This document shows positions 46,469 through 56,791 of a stretch of DNA of 64,000 nucleotides, in pieces. Location: positions 512,001 through 576,000 of the forward strand of contig CBDCQT010000013.1 of NCBI GenBank assembly GCA_965220745.1, read 5' to 3'. This DNA comes from Alphaproteobacteria bacterium (lineage in GTDB: Bacteria; Pseudomonadota; Alphaproteobacteria; UBA828). Under the pieces are notes generated by a model. That model was not told the DNA's origin and searched no databases. It saw nothing but the letters and a program-made list of their open reading frames with translations. Made by a program: the position numbers and the translations under genes. Each line of letters opens with the position of its first letter. Positions within the stretch are counted from its first letter, which is position 1.

Positions 46469-47338
46469 GTGGATACTGCTGCGCTCCTGATCATCGAAGT
46501 GCTGAACGGGATTGCCAGCCTGGCGCTCGCCTGCGCCGGGCTGGCGATTATCTTCGGCATGATGCGGGTGATCAATTTCGCCCACGGCGAGTTCATGATG
46601 CTGGGTGCATACACCACCGTGGTGTGCACCAAGACGCTCGGCATCAACATCTGGATTTCGATGCTGATCATCTCGCCCATCGTCGTCGGGATCATCGGCG
46701 TCATCGTGGAACGCGCCTTCATCCGCTTCTTCTACGGCAGGATGATCGACACGCTGATCGCCACCTGGGGGCTCAGCTTGCTGCTGATCGGCATCGTCAC
46801 CGCGATCTTCGGCAACATCATCGAGGGCGTGTCCGCGCCGATGGGGAGCTTCGAGGTCGGCGTCTACAACGTCGCCCAGTACCGCATGGTGCTCATCGGC
46901 ATCGTGATCCTGCTGTTCATCGGCGTCTTCCTGGTGCTGACGCGCACCAAGCTCGGCCTCATCGCGCGCGGCACCATGCAGAATCCGGCCCAGGCCTCGG
47001 TGCTCGGCATCAGCACGCAGCGCGTCTACATGGTGACCTTCGCGGTCGGCGCCGGCCTGACCGGGCTTGCGGGCGGCCTACTTGCGCCGATCTCGCAAGT
47101 CATCCCGACCGCCGGCGCGGCCTACGTCGCGCAGACCTTCATCACCGTCATCACCGGCGGCACCGGCGCCGTGACCGGCACGCTGGTCGCCTCCGGCGTC
47201 TTCGGCACCGTGCGGCAGCTCTTGAGCTACGAGTTCACGCCGGTGCTCGGCGGCGTCGGCCTGCTCATCGTCGCGGTGGTGATGCTGCGGCTGCTGCCCC
47301 AGGGCATCACCGGCAAGATCTTCAGGCGCTCGCTGTGA
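46469..47338 (+). CDS. ABC permease (UrtB/LivH-like)
   Basis: GLAIIFGMMRVINFAHGEF. Confidence 0.88.
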   Translation: MDTAALLIIEVLNGIASLALACAGLAIIFGMMRVINFAHGEFMMLGAYTTVVCTKTLGINIWISMLIISPIVVGIIGVIVERAFIRFFYGRMIDTLIATWGLSLLLIGIVTAIFGNIIEGVSAPMGSFEVGVYNVAQYRMVLIGIVILLFIGVFLVLTRTKLGLIARGTMQNPAQASVLGISTQRVYMVTFAVGAGLTGLAGGLLAPISQVIPTAGAAYVAQTFITVITGGTGAVTGTLVASGVFGTVRQLLSYEFTPVLGGVGLLIVAVVMLRLLPQGITGKIFRRSL

Positions 47339-48390
47339 CGGTCCTCGGCGTCAACCTGAGAAGCTGGGAGACCCTGGGCACCGCGTTGGTCGGTTTGGTC
47401 ATGCTGGTGCTGCTGTTCGCAGGCCCGCACATCTTCGACCTGTTCCTGCTCTTCAAGGTGACGCTCTTCGTTGCCATGGCGATCCTGGCACTCTCCATGG
47501 GCTTCATCTGGGGCTATGGCGGCATTCTCTGCTTCGGGCAGTCGGCGTTCTACGGCCTCGGCGCCTACACCTACGCCATCGCCGTGGGCAACATCGGCGA
47601 GAGCACCGGGCCCTTCTTCCTGGCGATCATCGTGCCTGCCGCCTTCGCCGCCCTGCTCGGCTACTTCATGTTCTACGGCCGCCTCAGCGACGTTTACCTC
47701 GCGGTGGTGACGCTCGCGGTTACGCTCATCCTCTACAACTTCATGCGCTCGACGGCTGGCGAGGAATACGCCATCGGTGCGCAGCGGCTGATGGGCTTCA
47801 ACGGCATCTCGTCGATCCAGCCTATCAACTGGCCGGGGGACGGCAATGCCCTGCTCTTCCCCGACGAGATATTCCATCTCGCGATGGGGTGCCTGATTCT
47901 GTGCTATTTCGGCCTCAAGCTCTTGAACCGCTCGCATTTCGGCCGGGTCGCGGTCGCGATTCGGGAGAACGAGCTGCGCGCCGAGCTGCTCGGCTACGAC
48001 GTCCGCCTGCACAAGCTGCAAACCTTCACCATCGGCGGCGGCATGGCGGGGCTCGCAGGCTGCCTCGGCGTCAATTTCAACTCCTTCGTCAACCCGGACG
48101 TGTTCGCGCTCAACTTCGCGGCCGAGATCATCATGTGGACGCTAATCGGCGGCCTCGGCACCCTGGTCGGGCCGATGATCGGCTGCATCGGGCTCTTGAT
48201 GCTAAAGTTCGAGATCGGCCAGCAGCAGATCACCAACACCTACCTGATCTTCGGCGGGATCATTATGGTATTCGTGCTGGCGGTGCCGGCCGGGCTGCTG
48301 CCCACCGCACGCATGCTGGCGGAGCGTATTCTGCCCGGGGCGGGTTTCGGCGGCCCGGCCAGCGGGGGACGACAGGAGGCGGCGCGGTGA
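47335..48390 (+). CDS. ABC permease (UrtC/LivM-like)
   Basis: WGYGGILCFGQ, AIRENELRAELLGY, GGLGTL; GTG overlaps upstream stop. Confidence 0.88.
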   Translation: MTVLGVNLRSWETLGTALVGLVMLVLLFAGPHIFDLFLLFKVTLFVAMAILALSMGFIWGYGGILCFGQSAFYGLGAYTYAIAVGNIGESTGPFFLAIIVPAAFAALLGYFMFYGRLSDVYLAVVTLAVTLILYNFMRSTAGEEYAIGAQRLMGFNGISSIQPINWPGDGNALLFPDEIFHLAMGCLILCYFGLKLLNRSHFGRVAVAIRENELRAELLGYDVRLHKLQTFTIGGGMAGLAGCLGVNFNSFVNPDVFALNFAAEIIMWTLIGGLGTLVGPMIGCIGLLMLKFEIGQQQITNTYLIFGGIIMVFVLAVPAGLLPTARMLAERILPGAGFGGPASGGRQEAAR

Positions 48391-49127
48391 CCGACTCAGC
48401 GACGAACGGAATGCCCATCCTGGAGACGCACGGGCTCACTATGCGCTTCGGCGGCGTGGTCGCGGTCGACGACGTCGACTTCTCCATGGAGGAAGGCGAG
48501 CTGCGCTGCCTGATCGGCCCCAACGGCGCGGGCAAGAGCACCTTCTTCAAGTGCCTCACCCACCAGTACAAGGCGTCCGCCGGTCGGGTCCGCTTCCGGG
48601 GCGCCGATATCACCGGCTCCCACACCTACCAGATCGCGCGCCGCGGCATCGGCATCAAGACCCAGGTGCCGAGCGTGTTCGACGGCTTGAGCGTGCATGA
48701 GAACATCTGGGTCGCGGCCCGCCGCCATCACGGCCGCCGCGAGGCCAACCGCATCGTGGACGAGATTCTGGAGCGCCTCCGCCTCAGCGCCCTCGCCCGC
48801 CGCGTCGTCGGCCAGCTCGCTCACGGCGAGCGCCAGCGGGTCGAGCTCGGCACCGTGCTCACCGGCGAGCCGGAGCTGATCCTGCTCGACGAGCCGACGG
48901 CGGGCATGACCCATGAAGAGGTCAACCAGACCACAGACCTGATTCTCGAAATTAACAAGACCACGTCGATGATCGTCGTCGAGCACGACATGCAGTTCAT
49001 CAAGTCGATCGCGAAGCGGGTGACCGTGTTCCATCAAGGAGCGATCCTGATCGAGGACACCATGGCGAACCTGGAGAAGAACCAGCAGGTGCGCGACATC
49101 TACCTCGGCAAGCAGCACCAGGCCTGA
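48387..49127 (+). CDS. ABC ATPase (UrtD-like)
   Basis: GPNGAGKST, LAHGERQ, LLDEPTAG, VEHDM. Confidence 0.9.
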   Translation: MTDSATNGMPILETHGLTMRFGGVVAVDDVDFSMEEGELRCLIGPNGAGKSTFFKCLTHQYKASAGRVRFRGADITGSHTYQIARRGIGIKTQVPSVFDGLSVHENIWVAARRHHGRREANRIVDEILERLRLSALARRVVGQLAHGERQRVELGTVLTGEPELILLDEPTAGMTHEEVNQTTDLILEINKTTSMIVVEHDMQFIKSIAKRVTVFHQGAILIEDTMANLEKNQQVRDIYLGKQHQA

Positions 49128-49130
49128 GCC

Positions 49131-49835
49131 ATGCTGAGCGCAGAAGGCATCCGCGCGAGCTACGGCAGGATCCCGATCCTGCACGGCGTCGACCTCCAGG
49201 TGGCAGAGGGCGAATTCGTCGGCATCCTGGGCCATAACGGCATGGGCAAGACCACGCTGCTCAAGACTCTGATCGGCTTGGTCAAGACCACGGACGGCAC
49301 GATCACCTTCGAGGGCGAGACCATCACGCGGGAACCGCCGCACAGGCGCAACCGGCGCGGCATCGGCTACGTGCCGCAGGGCCGCGAGATCTTCCCCAAC
49401 GTGAGCGTGCGCGACAATCTCAGGCTGGGCTTCGCGGTGCAAAAGGTGGACGAGCAGGAGGTGCTCGACGAGGTGCTGGAGGAGTTTCCGCGCCTCAAGC
49501 CGCTGCTCGACCGCGCCGGCCGCGTGCTCTCCGGCGGTGAGCAGCAGATCCTGGCGCTGGCGCGCTGCCTCTGCGGCCGCCCCCGCCTGATCCTCCTCGA
49601 CGAGCCGACCGAGGGCATCCAGCCCTCGATCGTCGAGGAGATCGTAGAGATCCTCAAAACGTTGCAGGCGCGCCGCAAGCTCACCGTCGTCCTGGTCGAG
49701 CAGAACCTCGACTTCATCGCCGAGCTCTCCCAGCGCGTGCTCATCATCCAGCGCGGCCAGTTCACCAGCGAGGTGTCGCCGTCGCAGCTCTCCGACCCCG
49801 ACCTCGTCGCCGAGTTCGTCGGCATGGGCGGTTAG
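49131..49835 (+). CDS. ABC ATPase (UrtE-like)
   Basis: GHNGMGKTT, VPQGREIF, LSGGEQQ, DEPTEGIQPS. Confidence 0.9.
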   Translation: MLSAEGIRASYGRIPILHGVDLQVAEGEFVGILGHNGMGKTTLLKTLIGLVKTTDGTITFEGETITREPPHRRNRRGIGYVPQGREIFPNVSVRDNLRLGFAVQKVDEQEVLDEVLEEFPRLKPLLDRAGRVLSGGEQQILALARCLCGRPRLILLDEPTEGIQPSIVEEIVEILKTLQARRKLTVVLVEQNLDFIAELSQRVLIIQRGQFTSEVSPSQLSDPDLVAEFVGMGG

Positions 49836-49881
49836 GGTCGTGTCGCGGAAAGTCGCATGAAGTTCGCCAGTCTCCCCTTCA

Positions 49882-49971
49882 CGTCATGCCCGGACTTGAT
49901 CCGTGCATCTCGTCCCGCCACGCGAGACCGGGGCGCCCCCGTGGATGGCCGGGACAAGCCCGGCCATGACG
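49882..49971. repeat. CGTC-tagged REP-like palindromic doublet
   Basis: CGTCATGCCCGGACTTGATCCGTGCATC ... GATGGCCGGGACAAGCCCGGCCATGACG inverted pair. Confidence 0.8.
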
Positions 49972-50032
49972 AGAAGGAGACTCGGCTACCGTTCGTCTTC
50001 TGTTGCAGGACGGGACGCTAAGGTCTCCGGCC

Positions 50033-50836
50033 ATGCCCGCGCTCAGCGACGCCCAGCAGCGAGAATTCGAGGACCACGGCTACCTGCTCCTCCCCGCTCT
50101 CTTCTCGGAGGAGGAAATCGCGCCGCTCCGGGCCGAGGTCGAGACGGTGGCGGCGCGGGAAGGCCCCGAGGTGGTCCCGGAAGCGGAGTCGGACACCGTC
50201 AGGCTCGTCTACGGCGCCCATCGCTTCAACGAAGCGTTCCACCGCCTCTCCCGTCATCCGCGCTGGCTGGAGCCGGTGCAGGAGCTGATGGGCGGCCCGG
50301 TCTACATCCACCAGTCGCGGCTCAACCCCAAGGCGGCGTTCCACGGCGGCCCGTGGGACTGGCACCAGGACTACGCCACCTGGTCGGACCGCGACGGGCT
50401 CAAGGAACCCAGAGCCTTCATGATCGCGATCCTGCTGGACGAGGCCAATGCCGCCAACGGCCCGCTCATGTTGGTGCCGGGCTCGCACCACTACGGGCTG
50501 ATCGCCGAGGCTGCGGACAACGAGGAATCGCCCGGCTACACGCTCTTCGTCATCTCCGACGAGCATCTTTCCCACATCGTGGAGGCGGGCGGCATCGAGC
50601 AGGTCACCGGACCCGCTGGCTCGGTGCTGATCAGCCATGCCAACATGGTCCACGGCTCGGCTGGCAACATCACCCCTTGGCCGCGCCGTATCTTCTATCT
50701 CAACGTCGCCGCGACCGATAACCCGCCCACCAGGTTCGAGCGCGCCGAGCATCACTGCACCCGCGACTGGTCGGCAGTCGAGCCCTTGGACGACGATTGC
50801 CTCCGGGATTTCGCGTCGAGCGCGGCAGCCGACTGA
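50033..50836 (+). CDS. PhyH-family Fe(II)/2-oxoglutarate dioxygenase (EctD/proline hydroxylase-like)
   Basis: WHQD, NGPLMLVPGSH, HGSAGN...R. Confidence 0.88.
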   Translation: MPALSDAQQREFEDHGYLLLPALFSEEEIAPLRAEVETVAAREGPEVVPEAESDTVRLVYGAHRFNEAFHRLSRHPRWLEPVQELMGGPVYIHQSRLNPKAAFHGGPWDWHQDYATWSDRDGLKEPRAFMIAILLDEANAANGPLMLVPGSHHYGLIAEAADNEESPGYTLFVISDEHLSHIVEAGGIEQVTGPAGSVLISHANMVHGSAGNITPWPRRIFYLNVAATDNPPTRFERAEHHCTRDWSAVEPLDDDCLRDFASSAAAD

Positions 50837-50844
50837 GGAGTTCC

Positions 50845-51861
50845 ATGAAGTACGGATTCTTCATCCGCGGCCAGTTCCGCCGCGGCGAGGACATGAACGC
50901 GCGCTTCGCGGACCTCTGCGCCCAGGCGCGGCTCGCGGACGAGCTCGGCTTCGACATTCTCGCCACCGGCATGCACTACGCCACTTACCCCTTGCAGCAG
51001 TATCAGCAGCTCCTGCTGCTGGCGCGGCTCCTGGTCGAGGCGCCGCGCTGCCGCTTGCTGCCGGGGATCATCCTGCTCTCGCTGCACAAGCCCCTCGATA
51101 TCGCGGAGCAGGTCGCGACGCTCGACGTGATGTCCGGCGGGCGCATGATCTTCGGCGCGGGGCTCGGCTATCGCGAGGTGGAGTTCAAGGGTTTCGGCAC
51201 CACCCAGGCCGAGCGCGTCACGCGGCTCGAAGAGAACCTGGAGGCCGTGGTCCGCCTCTGGACCGAGGACGGCGTCAGCATGGCGGGCTCCCACTTCACG
51301 CTCGAGGACGCGACCGTCTCGCTCAAACCCATACAGCAGCCCCACCCGCCGATCTGGCTTGGCGCCAATGCGGACGCGGCGGTCGAGCGCGCGGCCCGGC
51401 TCGGCGACACCTGGTTCATCAACCCGCACCAGCGCATGGAAACCACCGAGCGCCAGCTCATCATCTACAGGCGCGCCCTCGACGAGGCCCAAAAACCCTT
51501 CCCCGCCGAGCTTCCCCTCATGCGCGAGATCTTCGTCGCCCGGACCAGAGCGGAAGCCGAGCGCCTCGCCCGCCCCTACCTGGAGGAGAAGTACAAGACC
51601 TATCACCAGTGGGGTCAGGACAAGGCCATGCCCAAGGGCGACGACGACCTCTCCCTCGACTTCGAGGAGCTGATGCGCGACCGCTTCCTCTTCGGCTCGC
51701 CCGAGGAGGTCGCCGAGCAGATCGCGGGCTACGACCGCCGCCTCGGCATCACCACGTTCATCCTCGGCATGGACTGGCTCGGAATGCCGCACGCCCAGGT
51801 GACCGACAGCATGCGCCTCTTCGCCGAAGAGGTGGTGCCGCTGGTCGAAGGCGCCGCCTAG
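50845..51861 (+). CDS. Luciferase-like (LLM) flavin-dependent oxidoreductase
   Basis: AEQVATLDVMSGGR, PHPPIWLG, GSPEEV. Confidence 0.88.
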   Translation: MKYGFFIRGQFRRGEDMNARFADLCAQARLADELGFDILATGMHYATYPLQQYQQLLLLARLLVEAPRCRLLPGIILLSLHKPLDIAEQVATLDVMSGGRMIFGAGLGYREVEFKGFGTTQAERVTRLEENLEAVVRLWTEDGVSMAGSHFTLEDATVSLKPIQQPHPPIWLGANADAAVERAARLGDTWFINPHQRMETTERQLIIYRRALDEAQKPFPAELPLMREIFVARTRAEAERLARPYLEEKYKTYHQWGQDKAMPKGDDDLSLDFEELMRDRFLFGSPEEVAEQIAGYDRRLGITTFILGMDWLGMPHAQVTDSMRLFAEEVVPLVEGAA

Positions 51862-51881
51862 ACCGGCGGCCCTCCTGCACC

Positions 51882-52286
51882 ATGGCCGAGAGCCTCCACC
51901 ACGTCCACATTTTCGCCCGCGACATCGACGCGACCATCGCCTGGTGGCGCGACATGCTAGGCGGCGAGCTGGTCTACGACGGCGTGCTCGCCGGCTCCCG
52001 CAACGTCTTCATGCGCATCGGTAGCGGCGGGCTGCACCTCTACGACCAGCCGCCCCGCGACGAAGGGCGCGGCGCGGTCCACCACATCGGCATCCGCAGC
52101 GACGACCTGCGCGCCCTGGTCGCGCGCTTGAAGGCGCAAGGCGTCGCGTTCCGCAGCGATATCCGGGAGTTCGGCACCTGGCGCTACATCATGTGCGCCG
52201 CCCCCGACGACGTGCTGCTGGAGCTCTTCGAGTTCGACCCCACGCATGAGCCCGCAGAGGCGACCCGCTGGCTGCGCGAGGAATAG
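51882..52286 (+). CDS. VOC/glyoxalase-family protein
   Basis: LHHVHI, VHHIGI, PDDVLLELFE. Confidence 0.82.
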   Translation: MAESLHHVHIFARDIDATIAWWRDMLGGELVYDGVLAGSRNVFMRIGSGGLHLYDQPPRDEGRGAVHHIGIRSDDLRALVARLKAQGVAFRSDIREFGTWRYIMCAAPDDVLLELFEFDPTHEPAEATRWLREE

Positions 52287-52324
52287 CGTTCACGGCAAAC
52301 CGTTAGTCTCGGTTCGCTCGCCGT

Positions 52325-53629
52325 TCAACTGCCCAGGCGGATCGCGTTCGGCAGGAGGGTCACGACCTCGGGCACGAAGGTGATGAGCAGTGCCAGCCCC
52401 GCCATGATCAGGAAGAACGGCAGCGTCGCGCGGGCGATCCGCCCGATCCGCTCCCCCGTCATCCCCTGGATCACGAACAAGTTGAAGCCGACGGGCGGCG
52501 TGATCTGCGCCATCTCTACCACGATCACCAGGAACACGCCGAACCAGATCTTGTCGAACCCCGCCGCCTGCACCAGCGGCAGCGTGATCGGCAGCGTCAT
52601 GACGATGCTCGACATGCCCTCCAGCACGCAGCCGAGGATCGCGTAGAAGACGAGCAGCAGGATTATGAGCGCGATGGGCGAAAGCTGCAGCGCCGCGATC
52701 TCGCTCGCGATCAAGCGAGGCACGCCGAGGAAGCCCATGGCGATCGAGAGGAAGTACGCGCCCGCGATGATCAGGCCGATCATGCTGATGGTTCGGACCG
52801 CGCCGAGACTGGCCTTGCGGATCGTCTCCCAGGTCAGCGTCCGCTGCGCGGCGCTCACAATTAGCGCGCCCAGCACGCCCACCGCCGCGGCTTCCGACGG
52901 GCTGGCGATGCCGCCGTACATCGAGCCCAGCACCGCGAGGATCAGAAACACCACGGGCACGAGGTGCCGGAGCCCGAGCAGCTTCTGGGCGAGGCTCATG
53001 CTCTCCGCTTCCTCCGGCACGACCGAAGGCTTCCAGCGCGCGCGAACGCCGAGCCAGGTCATGTAGAGCACGGCGAGCATCAGCCCCGGAACGATGCCCG
53101 CGAGAAAGAGCTTGAGGATCGAGGTCTCCGAGAGCACGCCGTAGATGATCAGGATGATGCTGGGCGGAATCAGGAAACCCAAAGTGCCCGCGCCTGCGAG
53201 CGAGCCCATCGCCAGGTCGCGGTCGTAGCCGCGCCGCAGCAACTCGGTCAGCGTGATGCGCCCCACGGTCGCCGTGGTCGCGGCCGATGAGCCCGAGATT
53301 GCCGCGAACATGGTGCAGCCCAGCACGTTCACATGCAGTAGCCGCCCCGGCAGGCGGGTCGTCCACGGCGCGAGCCCGGTGAAGAGCGAGGCCGAGAGCC
53401 GCGAGTGGAACAGGATCTCGGCCATCAGGATGAAGAGCGGAAGCGCGATCAGCTCCGGCGTGGTGGTCGCGTTCCAGGTGAGCTGCGCGAGCAGCTTCTC
53501 GACCGGCATGGTGCGAAAGACGGCGAGGCTGACGAGGCCCGGGGCGAAGAGCGCGAGCCCGACCCAGACCCCGACGCCCAGCACCAGGGCGAGCACACCG
53601 AGAACGGCACCGGCGGCGGCGACGGTCAT
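52325..53629 (-). CDS. dctM: TRAP transporter large permease
   Basis: ALPLFILM, ISGSSAAT, LIPPSI, ITPPVGFNLF. Confidence 0.92.
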   Translation of the reverse strand: MTVAAAGAVLGVLALVLGVGVWVGLALFAPGLVSLAVFRTMPVEKLLAQLTWNATTTPELIALPLFILMAEILFHSRLSASLFTGLAPWTTRLPGRLLHVNVLGCTMFAAISGSSAATTATVGRITLTELLRRGYDRDLAMGSLAGAGTLGFLIPPSIILIIYGVLSETSILKLFLAGIVPGLMLAVLYMTWLGVRARWKPSVVPEEAESMSLAQKLLGLRHLVPVVFLILAVLGSMYGGIASPSEAAAVGVLGALIVSAAQRTLTWETIRKASLGAVRTISMIGLIIAGAYFLSIAMGFLGVPRLIASEIAALQLSPIALIILLLVFYAILGCVLEGMSSIVMTLPITLPLVQAAGFDKIWFGVFLVIVVEMAQITPPVGFNLFVIQGMTGERIGRIARATLPFFLIMAGLALLITFVPEVVTLLPNAIRLGS

Positions 53630-53633
53630 GCCC

Positions 53634-54167
53634 TCATCCCGCGCCGAACTCCCGCGTCCGTTCCTCGTCCTCGGGCGGCTCGCCAACGAGCAGCCGCACC
53701 GCACGGGCCACGAGCTGCAGCGTGAGCAGCGCCGCCCCGAACGCCATCGCGGCCTGCGGATAGACCAGCGGCGTCTCGTCGATGGTGGCGGACGTGCTGC
53801 CGCTCACCCACGACCGCGCGGCGAAGGCGGTCAGCGCCCACGCGAGGAATCCGGCGATCAGGATGCCGGTCACGGTGGCCGCGACGTCGAGCCAGTAGGC
53901 CAACCGGGGCGGGACGCTCTGCGACAGCAGCATGACCCTGACGTGCCCGCCCGTCCGCAATGCGAACGCCGCGCCGAGGAGGATCGAGACGGCGAAGAAG
54001 TAGGCCGCGTATTCCCAGGCGAAGGAGAGGCTGAGGTTGAGCACCGTGCGGCAGAAGATCTCAGCGAGGATGAGCCCCGCGATCCCGAGAACGAGTGCGG
54101 CCGCGACGTACCCGAAGGCGCGCGACAGCGCGTCGATACCCGCGAGAACCCGCACCAGAACGGACAC
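53634..54167 (-). CDS. dctQ: TRAP transporter small permease
   Basis: 4 TM segments, GGHVRV; start uncertain (54167 or 54239). Confidence 0.85.
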   Translation of the reverse strand: MSVLVRVLAGIDALSRAFGYVAAALVLGIAGLILAEIFCRTVLNLSLSFAWEYAAYFFAVSILLGAAFALRTGGHVRVMLLSQSVPPRLAYWLDVAATVTGILIAGFLAWALTAFAARSWVSGSTSATIDETPLVYPQAAMAFGAALLTLQLVARAVRLLVGEPPEDEERTREFGAG

Positions 54168-54254
54168 GGCGCCGGACCCCCCTGCCCGCTCCGGGCTATC
54201 CGGACCGGAACCCGGCGCCGGCGACGCCCCGCCGGGCACCGGAGCCGCGCCCCG

Positions 54255-55259
54255 CTAGCGGCCGATGTCCCGGAAGAATCCTTCGATGATGGCCTGGCCC
54301 TCGTCGCCGAGCTCGGCCAGCGCTTCCGCCAGCATCGGCTCGGTCGCGGCCTGCATGTCGGCCAGCATTTCAGCCGGCACTTCGCCCATTGCCACGCCCC
54401 GCTCGTTCAGGATCTTCGACTTGGCCGCGTCCTCCGCCTTGCTGACCTGCCAGAACACCGGTTCAAGCATCCGCGCCGCCGCCTCGATGGCGTCCCGCTG
54501 GCCCTCGGTCAGCGCGTTCCAGGCATCGAGGTTCACGGAAACTGCGTTCGACGACCAGACGTGGCTCGTCGGGTACATGTGCGTGAGGAACTCCCAGAAC
54601 TTCCCGTCCACACCGGAGCTCGCCGATGTCGTGACCGCGTCGATGGTTCCGGCCGCGAGCGACGGCACCACCTCGCCCCAGGGGAGCTGCACCGAGGTCA
54701 TGCCGATGCGGTTGAACATCTCCGTCGTCGTGTCGTTGTAAGTGCGAATCTTGATGCCGGCGAGGTCCGCGACCCCCTGCGCCTCCACCTTGGTATAGAC
54801 GTACTGGCGCGGCCACGGCACCACGTAGAGCACCTTCTGGTTGTAGTCCGCGGCCACCCTCTCGATGGCCGGGCGGAAGTGCCTGTGGAAGACCGCAAGC
54901 TGATCGAGGTCCTCGATGATGTAGGGCTGCGTCTCCAGCCCTAGAATCTTCCGCTCTCCCACCTGCTGGTTGAGCAGCATTTCGCCGATGGGCACGAGGC
55001 CGTCGCCGACCGCGTTCAGCATCTCCGGCCCCTTGAAGCCGAGGGACCCGCCCGCGTGGATGTTGACGGTGACCTCGCCGCCGGTCACCTGACCTACCAC
55101 CTTGGCGAAGGTCTTGGCGTTCTCGACGTGGAAGTTGCCGTCGGGCCAGGCGAGCGGCAGGTCCCACTCGGTCTCGGCGACGGCGGTGGCAGTCAGTGAG
55201 ACCGAGAGTAGCGCCGTGGAAGCAAGGGCGACGGCTGCGCGTTTCGCGGCATGCGCCAT
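54255..55259 (-). CDS. dctP: TRAP substrate-binding protein
   Basis: Signal peptide, GGSLG, DLAGIKIR, WGEVVPSL. Confidence 0.9.
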   Translation of the reverse strand: MAHAAKRAAVALASTALLSVSLTATAVAETEWDLPLAWPDGNFHVENAKTFAKVVGQVTGGEVTVNIHAGGSLGFKGPEMLNAVGDGLVPIGEMLLNQQVGERKILGLETQPYIIEDLDQLAVFHRHFRPAIERVAADYNQKVLYVVPWPRQYVYTKVEAQGVADLAGIKIRTYNDTTTEMFNRIGMTSVQLPWGEVVPSLAAGTIDAVTTSASSGVDGKFWEFLTHMYPTSHVWSSNAVSVNLDAWNALTEGQRDAIEAAARMLEPVFWQVSKAEDAAKSKILNERGVAMGEVPAEMLADMQAATEPMLAEALAELGDEGQAIIEGFFRDIGR

Positions 55260-55373
55260 GGTTCGATACCCCTTCGTGGAGTCCGGTTCCCTGTCTCGCG
55301 GGATTGTAGATCGCGGAGCACGCACCTGGATACAAACGGCGTCGGGGAATTTTCGGCGGGAACAATACCCTTG

Positions 55374-56780
55374 TCACACCAGCAACATCCCCGCCAGACC
55401 GAGGAACGCGAGGAAACCGATCACGTCCGTGATGGTGGTGAGCACGACACCGGCCGCCGTCGCCGGGTCGATCTTCAGCCGCCACAGAGCCACCGGAATC
55501 ACGAGTCCAAACACACCGGCCACCAGCATGTTGATGATCATTGCCGCGGCGATCACGATGCCGAGCGCGATGTTGTCGTACCAGGCCGCGGCCGCGACAC
55601 CGATCAGGACCGCGAAGACCACGCCATTGAAGCCGCCGACCAGCACCTCCTTCCACAGCACCCTGAGAAAGTTGGCGGTGGTAAGGTCTTTCGTGGCGAT
55701 GGCGCGCACTGCCACGGCCATGGTCTGGGTGCCGGCGTTGCCGCCCATGGAGGCGACGATGGGCATGAGCACCGCGAGCGCCACCATCTGATCGATGGTC
55801 CCGTCGAACTGATAGATCACCAGGGACGCCAGAATCGCAGTGCCGAGATTGACCAGCAGCCAGGTGAAGCGGCCGGTGGCCGTGCGCAGGGCGGCACGGT
55901 AAATGTCCGGCTCGCGCACGCCGCTCAGGCGCAGGATATCCTCTTCCGCCTCCTCCTGAATGACGTCGACCACGTCGTCCACCGTGATCACGCCGATCAG
56001 GCGCCCGGTCGTACCGATCACCGGCGCGGAGACGAGGTCGTACTGGTCGAAGACGTGGCCCACCTCTTCCTGATCGGTCTCGGCCGGGATCGCCCTGACA
56101 TCCGTCGCCATGATGGTGCGCAACCGCACCGGGCGCCGGGTGCGCAGCAGCCTGTGCAGCGGAATTCGCCCGATGGGCCGGTGGTGCGGGTCGATGACGT
56201 AGATCTCGTAGAAGTCGTCCGGCATGTCGCAGCCGGTCTCGCGCATGTGGTCGATGGTCTGGCCCACCGTCCAGAACGCCGGCAGCGCGACCAGCTCGCG
56301 TTGCATCAGGCGGCCGGCGCTATCCTCCGGATAGGTCAGGCTCTCGGCGACGCCGGCCCGCTCCTCGCTGGAGATAGCGTCGAGAATCTCCTTGCGCTGC
56401 GGATCGTCGAGATCCTCGAGCACGGCGACCGCGTCGTCGCTCTCCATGTCCGCGATGGCCTCGGCGGCGCGCTCCGCTCCGATTTCGCCGATCAGTTCCT
56501 CGCGGATTTCGTCCTCGACATGGGGGAGCACGTCGCCGCTCAGCACGTCGTGGGCGACAGCGACAAGACGGCGGCGCTCTCCAACGCTGAACCGCTCGAT
56601 CAGATCGGCGATGTCGGCTTCGTGCAGCGGCGCCACCAGGGCACGGACGCGGTCGCCATCAGACTCCGCGAGCGCCGCGCGCACGGCGCTGACCAACTCG
56701 GTGGTGAGGCCGTAGAGCCCTTCCCGCCCGCCTCGCTCAGGCGCCGCGCCGGCCTCCGGCGGCGGGTCGGGCCGCGCCAT
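55374..56780 (-). CDS. mgtE: Magnesium transporter MgtE
   Basis: YPEDSAGRLM, CBS pair, MGGNAGTQ, DPA, TTITD. Confidence 0.95.
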   Translation of the reverse strand: MARPDPPPEAGAAPERGGREGLYGLTTELVSAVRAALAESDGDRVRALVAPLHEADIADLIERFSVGERRRLVAVAHDVLSGDVLPHVEDEIREELIGEIGAERAAEAIADMESDDAVAVLEDLDDPQRKEILDAISSEERAGVAESLTYPEDSAGRLMQRELVALPAFWTVGQTIDHMRETGCDMPDDFYEIYVIDPHHRPIGRIPLHRLLRTRRPVRLRTIMATDVRAIPAETDQEEVGHVFDQYDLVSAPVIGTTGRLIGVITVDDVVDVIQEEAEEDILRLSGVREPDIYRAALRTATGRFTWLLVNLGTAILASLVIYQFDGTIDQMVALAVLMPIVASMGGNAGTQTMAVAVRAIATKDLTTANFLRVLWKEVLVGGFNGVVFAVLIGVAAAAWYDNIALGIVIAAAMIINMLVAGVFGLVIPVALWRLKIDPATAAGVVLTTITDVIGFLAFLGLAGMLLV

Positions 56781-56791
56781 CGCCTCCCCGC

